From positions 78,330-142,329 of the forward strand of contig JBAYVF010000002.1 of NCBI GenBank assembly GCA_041674705.1: DNA of 64,000 bases, written 5' to 3'. This DNA is from Candidatus Omnitrophota bacterium (lineage in GTDB: Bacteria; Omnitrophota; Omnitrophia; Omnitrophales; Aquincolibacteriaceae). The notes below the pieces were generated by a model, which saw nothing but the letters and a program-made list of their open reading frames with translations, made no database searches and was not told where the DNA came from. A program made the translations under genes and the position numbers. Shown here piece after piece: positions 36,383-44,967 of this stretch (its first letter is position 1; each line of letters begins with the position of its first letter).

Positions 36383-37791
36383 TGTTGTCGCTTTTAATTG
36401 CCATCCCGTTCTTAGGCGCCCTTGCCGTATTGTTACCGGTAAGGACTATGTTCAGGGTGTGGTTTTTATTCGCGATCTCTTTCGTTCATGCCGTCGGCAC
36501 GGCGTCTTTCTGGTGGCGATTGCCAGCCTCTGAGTGGCAGGGTTATTTAACTCTGGATCCTCTTGGGCTTATCCTGCTCTCGGTCATCAGTCTTCTTTTT
36601 CTTTCCGTATCTTTTTTTATGATCGGCTATTTTCAACATGAGCACAGGAGCAACCGGATATTTACGGCGTCCATCCTGGCGCTCTTGTCCACGATGACGC
36701 TCGTTTCAGTAAGTTATCATATGGGGCTTATGTGGGTGGCGATCGAGACAACCACGCTCTTTAGCGCGCCTTTGATCAGCTTCCATCGCAATTGGGGAAC
36801 TCTGGAAGCGACCTGGAAGTATTTACTGGTTTGCTCCGTGGGGATCGCTTTGGCGCTTATGGGGACGTTTTTTCTTGCCATTTCCGCGCATGACGTGCAC
36901 ACGCTTCTTTTGCCGTCGATCCTCAGCGGCGCGTCGTCTCTCTCGGTCAATTGGCTGAAGCTGAGTGTTATTTTTCTGTTTGTGGGTTATGGCTGCAAGA
37001 TGGGGCTCGCCCCGATGCACAGTTGGAAGCCGGAAGCCTATGGTCAGGCGACCGGGATGGTGGGCGTTTTGATGGCCGGGGGATTGACGCAGTGCTCTTT
37101 CCTGGCTCTGATGCGGGTAAGTCAGATCTGTTACAAAACAGGACTCAGTGATTTTTACGCGTCTATCTTGATCGTCACAGGTATTTTGTCGCTTGTAGTC
37201 CCCGCGATACTTCTCTTAGGCGAAAAAAAGCTCAAAAGGTCTTTCGCGTTTTCTTCGGTCGAGCATATGGGGCTTTTGGTCCTGGGGTTGGGCCTGGGAG
37301 GGGTCGGCATCTTGGGGGCCTTATTCCATATGATCAACAACGCCTTGGCAAAAGTAGTGATGTTCCTTACGGCCGGGTCTGTGGCGCAGAAGTATGGGTC
37401 TTCGCACGCCACAGAAGTTCGCGGGGTCATCCATATTTATCCCGTAACGGGCATTCTCCTTATTGTGTCATTGCTCGCTGGGACCGGAATGTTTCCGTTC
37501 GCCACGTTCCATAGCGAGCTTTTGATCATCAACGCCGCGATCATTTCGAAGCATTATGTTTTAGCGGGCGGGATCATTTTGTGCCTCGCTATTATCTTTA
37601 TTGGAATAGCCCGGATCGTTCTGGAGTTTGTTTACGGGAAGCCGACGGAACCGGTCTTGGATAAAAAAGAGAATTTTTTCATCAACATTACGATCGCGTC
37701 AGCGGCCGTGGCGCTCATAGGATTTGGTTTGTGGATGCCGGCTCCCTTGAGTCGCGTGCTTCATGATGCGGTGGCTTTGATCGTAGGGTAA
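36382..37791 (+). CDS. NuoN/NuoM/HyfF-like antiporter-type membrane subunit
   Basis: Polytopic. Motifs VGYGCKMGLAPMHSWKPEAY and SSVEHMGLLVLGLG. The ATG at 36382 overlaps the upstream TGA. Confidence 0.85.
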   Translation: MLSLLIAIPFLGALAVLLPVRTMFRVWFLFAISFVHAVGTASFWWRLPASEWQGYLTLDPLGLILLSVISLLFLSVSFFMIGYFQHEHRSNRIFTASILALLSTMTLVSVSYHMGLMWVAIETTTLFSAPLISFHRNWGTLEATWKYLLVCSVGIALALMGTFFLAISAHDVHTLLLPSILSGASSLSVNWLKLSVIFLFVGYGCKMGLAPMHSWKPEAYGQATGMVGVLMAGGLTQCSFLALMRVSQICYKTGLSDFYASILIVTGILSLVVPAILLLGEKKLKRSFAFSSVEHMGLLVLGLGLGGVGILGALFHMINNALAKVVMFLTAGSVAQKYGSSHATEVRGVIHIYPVTGILLIVSLLAGTGMFPFATFHSELLIINAAIISKHYVLAGGIILCLAIIFIGIARIVLEFVYGKPTEPVLDKKENFFINITIASAAVALIGFGLWMPAPLSRVLHDAVALIVG

Positions 37792-37822
37792 AAGGTTTTT
37801 TTTGCTCACGGAATGAGGGTTT

Positions 37823-39334
37823 ATGGAATTGTTTAATGGCGGTCATGTTGCGTTAAAAGATATTCCGCTCTTGGCGGAAAAGGAATTTCGCGAAGAAGTG
37901 CTTCTTCGTTGCCGTGACGGCGCCCGCCTTGCAAACTTTTTCGGAAGTCTGGAGGACGGGGGGAACGTTCGCCTTATTGCAATCCTGTCGGTTGATGAAG
38001 AATCGGAACTGCAGATATTTTCGACCAAAGTTCTGGCGGAATCTCCACGCTATAAATCTTTGACCAAAGAGCTCCTCCAGGCGCATTTGTTCGAACGCGA
38101 GATCGCAGAGCAGTGGGCGATCCTTCCCGAAGGGCACCCGTGGCTCAAGCCGGTAAGATATCACACGAATTATCGTGCCGTTCCCGATCTTTGGAAGGAT
38201 ATCACGCAGCAGACTATTCCGGGATCTTATCCTTTCTATGCCGTGGGGGGCGAGGAGGTCCATGAAGTGGGCGTGGGGCCGGTGCATGCCGGTATTATCG
38301 AACCCGGACATTTCCGGTTTCAATGTCATGGCGAAGAGATCATCCATTTGGAGACCCAATTAGGATACCAGCATCGAGGCATTGAGCCTCTCATGTGTGG
38401 AAGGGATTTGAAACGAGGGGTGCTTTTAAGCGAGTCCATCGCAGGGGATACATCGATCGGCCATTCCACAGCGTTCTGTGAAGTGGTGGAGTCCCTGGCG
38501 AGTTGCAACGTCCCGATCAAAGCGCAGGCCATTCGTGCGATCGGATTGGAATTGGAACGGCTCGCGAATCATGTGGGCGATCTGGGCGCTTTGGGAATGG
38601 ATGCCGGCTTTTCGCCGACCAGCGCGTATTTTGGCCGTATGCGCGGGGATTATCTAAATTTGTTGCTGGAACTGACGGGAAACCGTTTTGGTAAGGGGCT
38701 GTGTCGGCCGGGAGGGGTCCTTTTTGATATGGATACCGCAATGGCCGAGGATTTTTGCCGTAAACTCAAGCGTTATAAAAAAGAATTTGAAGATGTGAGC
38801 GAATTGCTTTTCACTCGGACGTCGGTCCTTGCGCGTTTTGAAGGTATCGGGGTGGTGCCTCTGAAGATCGCGAAAAGCCTGGGGTTGGTCGGTCCCGTTG
38901 CGCGTGCGAGCCAGCTGGAACAAGACGTGCGTATTGATCACTCCTCCGGGATGTGGCAATTTTATCATGTCCCCATTTCTTTGGCCGCGACGGGGGATGT
39001 GTATGCGCGCGCTTTGGTGCGCCGACAGGAAGTGATGCGTTCGCTGGAATTTCTGCTGAAGCTTTTACCCTCTCTACCCAAGGGGGGGATTTTTTCCTCT
39101 CTCGGTCCTCTGAAGACGGATACGCTTGCCCTTTCTCTGGTGGAGGGATGGCGCGGTGAGATCATGCATGTCGGCATGACGGATAGCCAAGGCGCCCTGA
39201 TGCGGTACAAGATCAAAGACCCGTCGTTTCATAATTGGTTTGCCTTAACCTTGGCGATGCGTAACCAGGAAATATCTGATTTTCCCTTATGCAATAAAAG
39301 CTTCAATTTATCCTATTGCGGGCATGACCTGTGA
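37823..39334 (+). CDS. NuoC-NuoD / HycE-like large subunit lacking the [NiFe] cysteine ligands
   Basis: Has GPVHAGIIEPGHFRF and LGYQHRGIE. It carries ESIAGDTSIGH where hydrogenases have ERxCGxCxxxH, and NLSYCGHDL where they have DPCxxCxx[HR]. Confidence 0.85.
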   Translation: MELFNGGHVALKDIPLLAEKEFREEVLLRCRDGARLANFFGSLEDGGNVRLIAILSVDEESELQIFSTKVLAESPRYKSLTKELLQAHLFEREIAEQWAILPEGHPWLKPVRYHTNYRAVPDLWKDITQQTIPGSYPFYAVGGEEVHEVGVGPVHAGIIEPGHFRFQCHGEEIIHLETQLGYQHRGIEPLMCGRDLKRGVLLSESIAGDTSIGHSTAFCEVVESLASCNVPIKAQAIRAIGLELERLANHVGDLGALGMDAGFSPTSAYFGRMRGDYLNLLLELTGNRFGKGLCRPGGVLFDMDTAMAEDFCRKLKRYKKEFEDVSELLFTRTSVLARFEGIGVVPLKIAKSLGLVGPVARASQLEQDVRIDHSSGMWQFYHVPISLAATGDVYARALVRRQEVMRSLEFLLKLLPSLPKGGIFSSLGPLKTDTLALSLVEGWRGEIMHVGMTDSQGALMRYKIKDPSFHNWFALTLAMRNQEISDFPLCNKSFNLSYCGHDL

Positions 39335-39365
39335 AGTCAGATCGCAGTAGGACCATGGTGACACT

Positions 39366-40049
39366 ATGCTGAAAATTTTAATGACACGTTTCAGACAGGG
39401 ATGCCGGACCTTGTCTTTTCCAAAGGGGAAGCTTCCCGTCCTGCCGGCGCGCTATCGAGGCCGGCCCATCATCGCGGCTCAGGAAGACAGCGTGGATCTC
39501 GGGGAAATAACTTATATCCCGGATAGCGGCATTCGACACTCCAACGATTTTCGGATGGCAGTATCGAAGCGTGAAGATCTCATTCTCAAGAGCGATGTGG
39601 ACGCGCTCGCGTATGCCTTGAATAAAAAAATCGCGAAGATGTTTGGCCGGTCGCTCAAACTTCGGCAGGTCTCGGCCGGGGGTTGCAATGCTTGTGAGGC
39701 GGACATTAATGTCCTTAACACGCCCGTTTTTGATCTGAGTCGTTTTGGTATCCAGTTTGTGGCCTCGCCCCGTCATGCCGACGGGCTTGTTGTCACGGGT
39801 CCTGTTACGCGTAATATGAGAGAGGCGCTTCTGAAAACTTACGAAGCTGTGCCGGATCCCAAGATCGTGATTGCCATCGGCGCTTGCGCGATTTCCGGAG
39901 GCATTTTTGCAAATAGCCCTGAGTCTTCCAAGGGGCTGGACACGATTCTCCCCGTCGATCTTTACATCCCCGGGTGCCCGCCGCATCCCCTGACCATCCT
40001 CGATGGATTCTTACGATTGATGGGAAGAATCAAAAAAGATCAGCCATGA
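39366..40049 (+). CDS. NuoB/HycG-like small subunit retaining the four-Cys 4Fe-4S site
   Basis: GGCNACE, GACAISGG and IPGCPPHP. Confidence 0.85.
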   Translation: MLKILMTRFRQGCRTLSFPKGKLPVLPARYRGRPIIAAQEDSVDLGEITYIPDSGIRHSNDFRMAVSKREDLILKSDVDALAYALNKKIAKMFGRSLKLRQVSAGGCNACEADINVLNTPVFDLSRFGIQFVASPRHADGLVVTGPVTRNMREALLKTYEAVPDPKIVIAIGACAISGGIFANSPESSKGLDTILPVDLYIPGCPPHPLTILDGFLRLMGRIKKDQP

Positions 40050-41416
40050 AGCGTAGGATCGCGGAAGAGACGATTCTTTTTATCAGTGTTTTGAAGTGGT
40101 TTATTCTCGCGAGCATTATTGGAGTCGTTGTTGGCTCTGCAACGGCGGTGTTTCTTAAACTGCTTAGCTGGAGTGTGGCCTTCGCAGAAAGGAGCACTTA
40201 TTCTTTCCTTCTGCTCCCTGTAGCCCTTTTTCTAAGTGCCCTGATTATCAAATACTTCGCACCGGATGCAGAGGGCCATGGCACCGAGAAGGTCATCGAA
40301 GCTATCCACAAATCTTCTGGAAAGATCAAGGCGGCTGTAGTTCCGGTCAAACTGGTTGCAACGATCATTACGATCGCTTTGGGCGGTTCAGCAGGAAAGG
40401 AAGGCCCCTGTGCCCAGATCGGGGGAGGGCTTTCCTCCATTTTTGCCGATTTGTTCAAATTTGACGACAAGGATCGAAAAAAACTGGTGATTTGCGGTAT
40501 TAGCGCCGGATTTGCCTCGGTTTTTGGAACCCCGATTGCCGGGGCCCTTTTTGGTGTTGAGGTTCTTTTTGTCGGAAGTATTCTTTACGATGTGCTGTTG
40601 CCGTCGTTTATCGCAGGTGTTACGAGCTATCATGTTTCGAACGCTCTCGGAATCTCCTATTTTTATCACCCCATGAATTTTGTTCCTCAATTCAGCGAAT
40701 TCTTTTTCATCCAAATATGTTTTGCCGGAGTTTTTTTTGGTATCTGTGCCCTTCTTCTTGTGGAGATTTTAAAGTTAGGTAAATTTCTTTCTCGAAAACT
40801 AAAGCTATGGGCGCCTTTTAAAGGATTGGTCGGCGGATTTGTGCTTGTAGTTCTGGCGTTTCTGCTGTCAAAACAATATCTCGGGCTGGGGCTGGATACG
40901 ATCGAGTCATGTTTGCAGGGGCAAAACGTTCCGTGGCATGCGACTTTTTCTAAAATGTTGTTCACCTCTGTAACGCTGAACTTCGGGGGCAGCGGAGGCA
41001 TCGTAACGCCTATCTTTTTTGTGGGAGCTACGGCGGGATCCCTCTATGCGAGTTGGGCCGGGCTAGATCCTGCGACTTTATCAGCGATCGGTTTTGTCGC
41101 CGTCCTTGCGGGTGCTGCCAATACTCCGATCGCTGCGAGCATTATGGCCATCGAAGTCTTTGGTCCCTCCATCGCTCCTTATGCATCCATTGCTTGCGTC
41201 ATCAGTTTTTTGATGACAGGCCACCGGAGTGTTTATGACTCCCAAATTTTAGCGGTCAAAAAGACCCCCTCGGTGGATGTGGCCTTAGGTAAAGAGATGG
41301 GGGATCTGAAAGCGCAGTTAAGCCTTCGGGAAAAGAGTTGGTCTCAAAGTATCAAGCGCTTTTATGTTTTTATCAGAAAGCGATTTGGGCGATCCAAAAC
41401 CCAAAGGCCAAATTGA
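40046..41416 (+). CDS. ClC-family chloride channel or H+/Cl- exchanger
   Basis: GGSAGKEGP, GFASVFGTPIAGALFGVE and GGIVTPIFFVGA. The ATG at 40046 overlaps the upstream TGA (ATGA). The track N-extension from 39974 is rejected. Confidence 0.85.
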   Translation: MKRRIAEETILFISVLKWFILASIIGVVVGSATAVFLKLLSWSVAFAERSTYSFLLLPVALFLSALIIKYFAPDAEGHGTEKVIEAIHKSSGKIKAAVVPVKLVATIITIALGGSAGKEGPCAQIGGGLSSIFADLFKFDDKDRKKLVICGISAGFASVFGTPIAGALFGVEVLFVGSILYDVLLPSFIAGVTSYHVSNALGISYFYHPMNFVPQFSEFFFIQICFAGVFFGICALLLVEILKLGKFLSRKLKLWAPFKGLVGGFVLVVLAFLLSKQYLGLGLDTIESCLQGQNVPWHATFSKMLFTSVTLNFGGSGGIVTPIFFVGATAGSLYASWAGLDPATLSAIGFVAVLAGAANTPIAASIMAIEVFGPSIAPYASIACVISFLMTGHRSVYDSQILAVKKTPSVDVALGKEMGDLKAQLSLREKSWSQSIKRFYVFIRKRFGRSKTQRPN

Positions 41417-41610
41417 CATCACGCTACGGATGCTGAAGAGATAGTGCTATGCGGCGGGATGCTGAAGTTGAAACGCGGCGAAAAAGGAGGCTGGGTTCTC
41501 TCTTTAGAATAAACAACCAAGTTTACGGATAGGTTCGAAGGCGTTCTGTTCAGGGGAACGGAATGAGAGCGCATCGTTTTCAATTCGACATAACAAACTG
41601 GAGTTATGAA

Positions 41611-41979
41611 ATGCAAAAGAATATTCTCGTGATCGATAGTGACCCCGTGGCTGGAGAAAAGATCGCGGCAGTCCTGCGAGGGGAAGGGTACGCAGCTGCG
41701 GTATCGTCGAATTTTGAGGATGCCTGTCAAAAAGCACGCCAGAAAATTCCGGCTCTTGTCGTTATCGATATGGGCATACCGGACATTGCAGGATTTGAAG
41801 CTTGTCGCAAGATCAAGGAGATGTTCAAGCCGCGTCCGCCGCGGGTAATTGTAATCACCGGTAAAATCACTATGGCCGATCGCATGCGGGCTCGAACGGT
41901 GGGGGCGGATGATTTCGTCGCCAAGACTTTGGATATGTCTAACTTGATACAAAGTGTGCGGAAGATTTTTACATTGTGA
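41611..41979 (+). CDS. stand-alone response-regulator receiver (CheY-like)
   Basis: ILVIDSD, LVVIDMGIPDIAGFE (phospho-Asp), VIVITGK, GADDFVAK. The start at MQKNILV is preferred. Confidence 0.8.
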   Translation: MQKNILVIDSDPVAGEKIAAVLRGEGYAAAVSSNFEDACQKARQKIPALVVIDMGIPDIAGFEACRKIKEMFKPRPPRVIVITGKITMADRMRARTVGADDFVAKTLDMSNLIQSVRKIFTL

Positions 41980-42201
41980 GGATGGCAGAGTTGCCATACG
42001 GCTCTTTTTAAATAAAAAGGGATTGAAAATCCGAGACGCTGGCTCGGAAATTATCTCTTACCCCGCTATGGATACTTACTGGACATACAAAAGAGAGAAA
42101 AACTGCAGGCTGTTTTCTTTTTGCTCTTAATCCCAATCGCCCTTATCCAGTCCTCCCGCATTTAGCGCGAGATCCGAGGGGCTCCACAGGTATTCGATTT
42201 C

Positions 42202-42840
42202 ATGATACTCTTTGGCATGAGGAGAACCTTCTTGGGGAACTTGAGCGATGAAACTAAAAAGGGATCACGTCGGCACCGGCTCCGAGCCGTTGATCTTCAA
42301 AATATCGAAGGCGATTCCGTTGCGCGGCTCACGGGATTCGAGAACGAAGTTTTAACTGGAATACGAACTTTCGGGGATTCTCCGCTAGAAAAACTGATTT
42401 CCGAGGAAGAGGCTCCCTCCCTGCGCAATCAGGATATCCAGAGACTACGGCGACTTCGACGTTATATCAAATACGCCCGGCTTACTCCGAAACAAAGGCG
42501 GGCTTATGAACTGTTTTCTCTCAGCCGGGACTCCGATATGACACTCCGTAAACTTTCCGCAAAGCTTGGGATCAGTCTCTCAAGCGCATGGGCCAGAGTT
42601 AAAGGGGCTGTTAAGCGGCTTGAGCAGATCAAGAAACGCCAAGAAGAAGGCGCAAAACTGAAGGCGATCCTGGATGGAGTCCTTTACGCCGGGAAACTGA
42701 AGCGTGTCTTCCTCCTTTATTTCGAAAGATGCTGGCCTCCGCCTATGATCGCCAGATCTCTCCACTCGAACCTTTCCACGATCTACAGCAATCTCCGCAC
42801 GATACGCTTTCTTGCCAAGGCCTATTCTTCGGAAAAATAG
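42202..42840 (+). CDS. hypothetical DNA-binding protein with two sigma-70 region-4-like HTH units
   Basis: LTPKQRRAYELFSL...MTLRKLSAKLGISLSSAWARVKGAVKRL, and a second weaker unit LKRVFLLYFE...MIARSLHSNLSTIYSNLRTIR. Confidence 0.4.
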   Translation: MILFGMRRTFLGNLSDETKKGSRRHRLRAVDLQNIEGDSVARLTGFENEVLTGIRTFGDSPLEKLISEEEAPSLRNQDIQRLRRLRRYIKYARLTPKQRRAYELFSLSRDSDMTLRKLSAKLGISLSSAWARVKGAVKRLEQIKKRQEEGAKLKAILDGVLYAGKLKRVFLLYFERCWPPPMIARSLHSNLSTIYSNLRTIRFLAKAYSSEK

Positions 42841-43143
42841 GATCCTTCTGGCAGGTACGAAAAATAATTACGCACCTGTAGAAAAATCCTCGAACAAAAC
42901 TGGCTGATTTGCCCTAATGTAAGGGGACCTTTTGAGGTTTTAGCCTCAGATCTTCTTCCCCAAGCCGCTACGTATAGGGGCGGCGGGATTCGTTTTGGCG
43001 AGTCCCGCGACTTTCGGGGACCTAAAGCCCTGCATTCCCTGATATTCTGAGATTAAAGGCCTCAAGGGAATGGCTAGCTGTCCGGTCTTTAAGGGAACAA
43101 ATTCTTGCCCGATTGGGCAAACTTAAAGGAGCCGGATTCTGTC

Positions 43144-43464
43144 ATGAACCAAGTGCCATCCGAAGTTCTCTCCACTGCGAAACCCGCATTGCGTTCCGTC
43201 TGTTCTGACGAATTCCCTAAGCGAAGCCGTATGCTTATTGCTTTTTTTAGGCATACACAGGATGGGGAAAAAGGGTGGGGTCCAGAGTTTCCCCCGGCAT
43301 TTTCTCGTAAGTCCTTTACCTGCCTCGCAAAAGCCGCTCGACTTCTTTCCCGACCAATCCCTCTCTTCATAAGCATTTTGAGGGGAGATGGATTGGTCGG
43401 GAAAGGGATGCTTGTTGCTCGGCAGGTAAAGCATTCGTTTGATGCCGGGGGGAATGGGTTATGA
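43144..43464 (+). CDS. hypothetical protein (element cargo)
   Basis: ATG at 43144 after AAGGAG. The stop overlaps the next ATG (ATGA at 43461-43464). Confidence 0.35.
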   Translation: MNQVPSEVLSTAKPALRSVCSDEFPKRSRMLIAFFRHTQDGEKGWGPEFPPAFSRKSFTCLAKAARLLSRPIPLFISILRGDGLVGKGMLVARQVKHSFDAGGNGL

Positions 43465-44390
43465 AGTTGATGGTAAGGGATTGCAATATTCTTGCGTGGC
43501 TCTTGCATATGAAATTCAGTCATCTGGATCAGATCGGCCGGAAGTTTTTTCCGGGATGTAATATTCACCGGGCACCGTACAGGCGAATGCTGAAGCTGAT
43601 GGATGCGGGGCTTGTGGCTACCCGGAAGGTTTATAGCGATCCGAGGGATTTGTATATTCCGACACAGGCGGTGATAAAAGTGTTGGAGGACAGTGGCAAT
43701 CCATTTGCCATCGCGCTTGCCAAGGATAAGACCTTTCCCAATTACTTTCACGATCGGGGTTTGGTCGATATGCGGATACTCTTTGAGGAGCTTGGGATCG
43801 GCCTCTGGATACCGGAACGGGTGATCCGTTCCGTGAAACCCCGTGGAGGTTCGCCGGACGCTTTGATCTTAAACGTGGATCAAGTCTATGCGGTTGAATA
43901 TGAGCGGACAGAAAAGGAGCCTGCCCGGTACAAGAAGATATTCGACCGCTTCAACTATTCGGACAAGTTCGCAAAGGTGCTATACATTCTGCCGACTGAA
44001 AAACGGATCGAATCCTTGAAAAAGAAAATGGGCTATATCTGGCAGAAGTTTTACTTCGTAAGCGAAGAGTGCCTGCATCTCGAAAAGGGGGATGCTGTTT
44101 CCCGCTCATCCCAAGGAGAACTGCCTATAAGGGCACTCGCAGAATACTCCATGACCGGAAGTCTTCATGATATGACCCGGGAAGAGATCAAAGAGGTGGT
44201 GGAATCCAAAACTCCGGGTGCATGGCAGAATAGCAAGCTATTCGCTTCATACGGTGGCGGGGGCGATCCGTGTGACGATGATTCTGATTTTGACGATGAT
44301 ACGGATTCGGACGATGATGATGATCCGCAAATAGATCCGGGAGAAAACCGGGATGGCGACGATGATGATGAGGAGGACGAAGGCCGATGA
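43461..44390 (+). CDS. replication-relaxation-family-like protein with a poly-acidic C-terminal tail
   Basis: N-terminal winged-helix-like VRDCNILAWLLHMKFSHLDQIGRKFF...MLKLMDAGLV. Tail DDDSDFDDDTDSDDDDDPQIDPGENRDGDDDDEEDEG. Confidence 0.45.
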   Translation: MKLMVRDCNILAWLLHMKFSHLDQIGRKFFPGCNIHRAPYRRMLKLMDAGLVATRKVYSDPRDLYIPTQAVIKVLEDSGNPFAIALAKDKTFPNYFHDRGLVDMRILFEELGIGLWIPERVIRSVKPRGGSPDALILNVDQVYAVEYERTEKEPARYKKIFDRFNYSDKFAKVLYILPTEKRIESLKKKMGYIWQKFYFVSEECLHLEKGDAVSRSSQGELPIRALAEYSMTGSLHDMTREEIKEVVESKTPGAWQNSKLFASYGGGGDPCDDDSDFDDDTDSDDDDDPQIDPGENRDGDDDDEEDEGR

Positions 44391-44605
44391 TCCGGCAGAC
44401 GCCTCTCAAAACCATCCGAGCTTACTGCCTTCAGTGTGCCGGAGGGCATCCCAAAGAGGTTCGATACTGCTCCGTCCAGGAATGTCCCTTGCATTTCTAT
44501 CGTTTCGGGACAAATCCGCACCGGCAGGGTGTGGGACCCGGAAGGATCATTTTTCGCATGGAAACCGTTGTTGAGTCGGCAAAAATCTCAAAAGAATCAG
44601 AATAA
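44387..44605 (+). CDS. small Cys-rich (zinc-ribbon-like) protein typical of mobile elements
   Basis: IRAYCLQCAGGHPKEVRYCSVQECPLHFYRFG. ATGA overlap with the upstream gene. Confidence 0.45.
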   Translation: MIRQTPLKTIRAYCLQCAGGHPKEVRYCSVQECPLHFYRFGTNPHRQGVGPGRIIFRMETVVESAKISKESE

Positions 44606-44669
44606 AACGAAGATCTGGAAAATCACCAACCCTAGGGAAAGGAGGTTAGGAAAAGATGAAACAACGAAA

Positions 44670-44921
44670 ATGATTCAAAAGAAAGGCCGGTGGCTACATC
44701 GGAAACCCATTCATTTTGAAGTGAGGATCGTTGCCTGCGGCGTTTATCCCGAACTGGACCGTAATCCCGGAAATTTCTTTGCGCAGATGACAGAGAATGA
44801 TCGCGAGGATGAATTTGTGGAGGTTTTGGGGCATTTGTGGGCGGGAACAATCCGTGAAGGCTCGAAAACCCCGGTAGAGCCAGCGAAAGATCAGCTCGGA
44901 TTACGAGTTGCAAATGCATAG
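44670..44921 (+). CDS. hypothetical protein (83 aa)
   Basis: ATG at 44670 downstream of AAAGGAGG, in the same frame as the long track ORF 44436-44921. Confidence 0.3.
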   Translation: MIQKKGRWLHRKPIHFEVRIVACGVYPELDRNPGNFFAQMTENDREDEFVEVLGHLWAGTIREGSKTPVEPAKDQLGLRVANA

Positions 44922-44967
44922 ATAATGAGTATATTGTACTCATGCGAAGAATCCGGAGAGGGCTACG

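Noticed and set aside
37823-39334. Calling the operon a functional formate hydrogenlyase or Ech-type [NiFe] hydrogenase.
   Set aside because: Both NiFe-ligand Cys pairs are substituted in the large subunit. The window contains no hyp, maturation-protease, HycF or formate-dehydrogenase genes.
39974-40045. Track N-terminal extensions of several genes: ClC from 39974, response regulator from 41563, PtsN from 28780, SDR to 24930, AcpS from 59081, KS from 61177, FabL-like to 57426, lnt from 52540.
   Set aside because: The extensions overlap the preceding gene or lack an RBS. Internal ATGs give canonical N-termini and typical start/stop overlaps.
41419-41997. 192-aa minus-strand ORF opposite the response regulator.
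   Set aside because: It is antisense to a clear CheY-like receiver domain and has no motifs.
43089-43751. 220-aa minus-strand ORF in the integrative element.
   Set aside because: It overlaps two coupled plus-strand genes (ATGA junction at 43461) and has no motifs or RBS.
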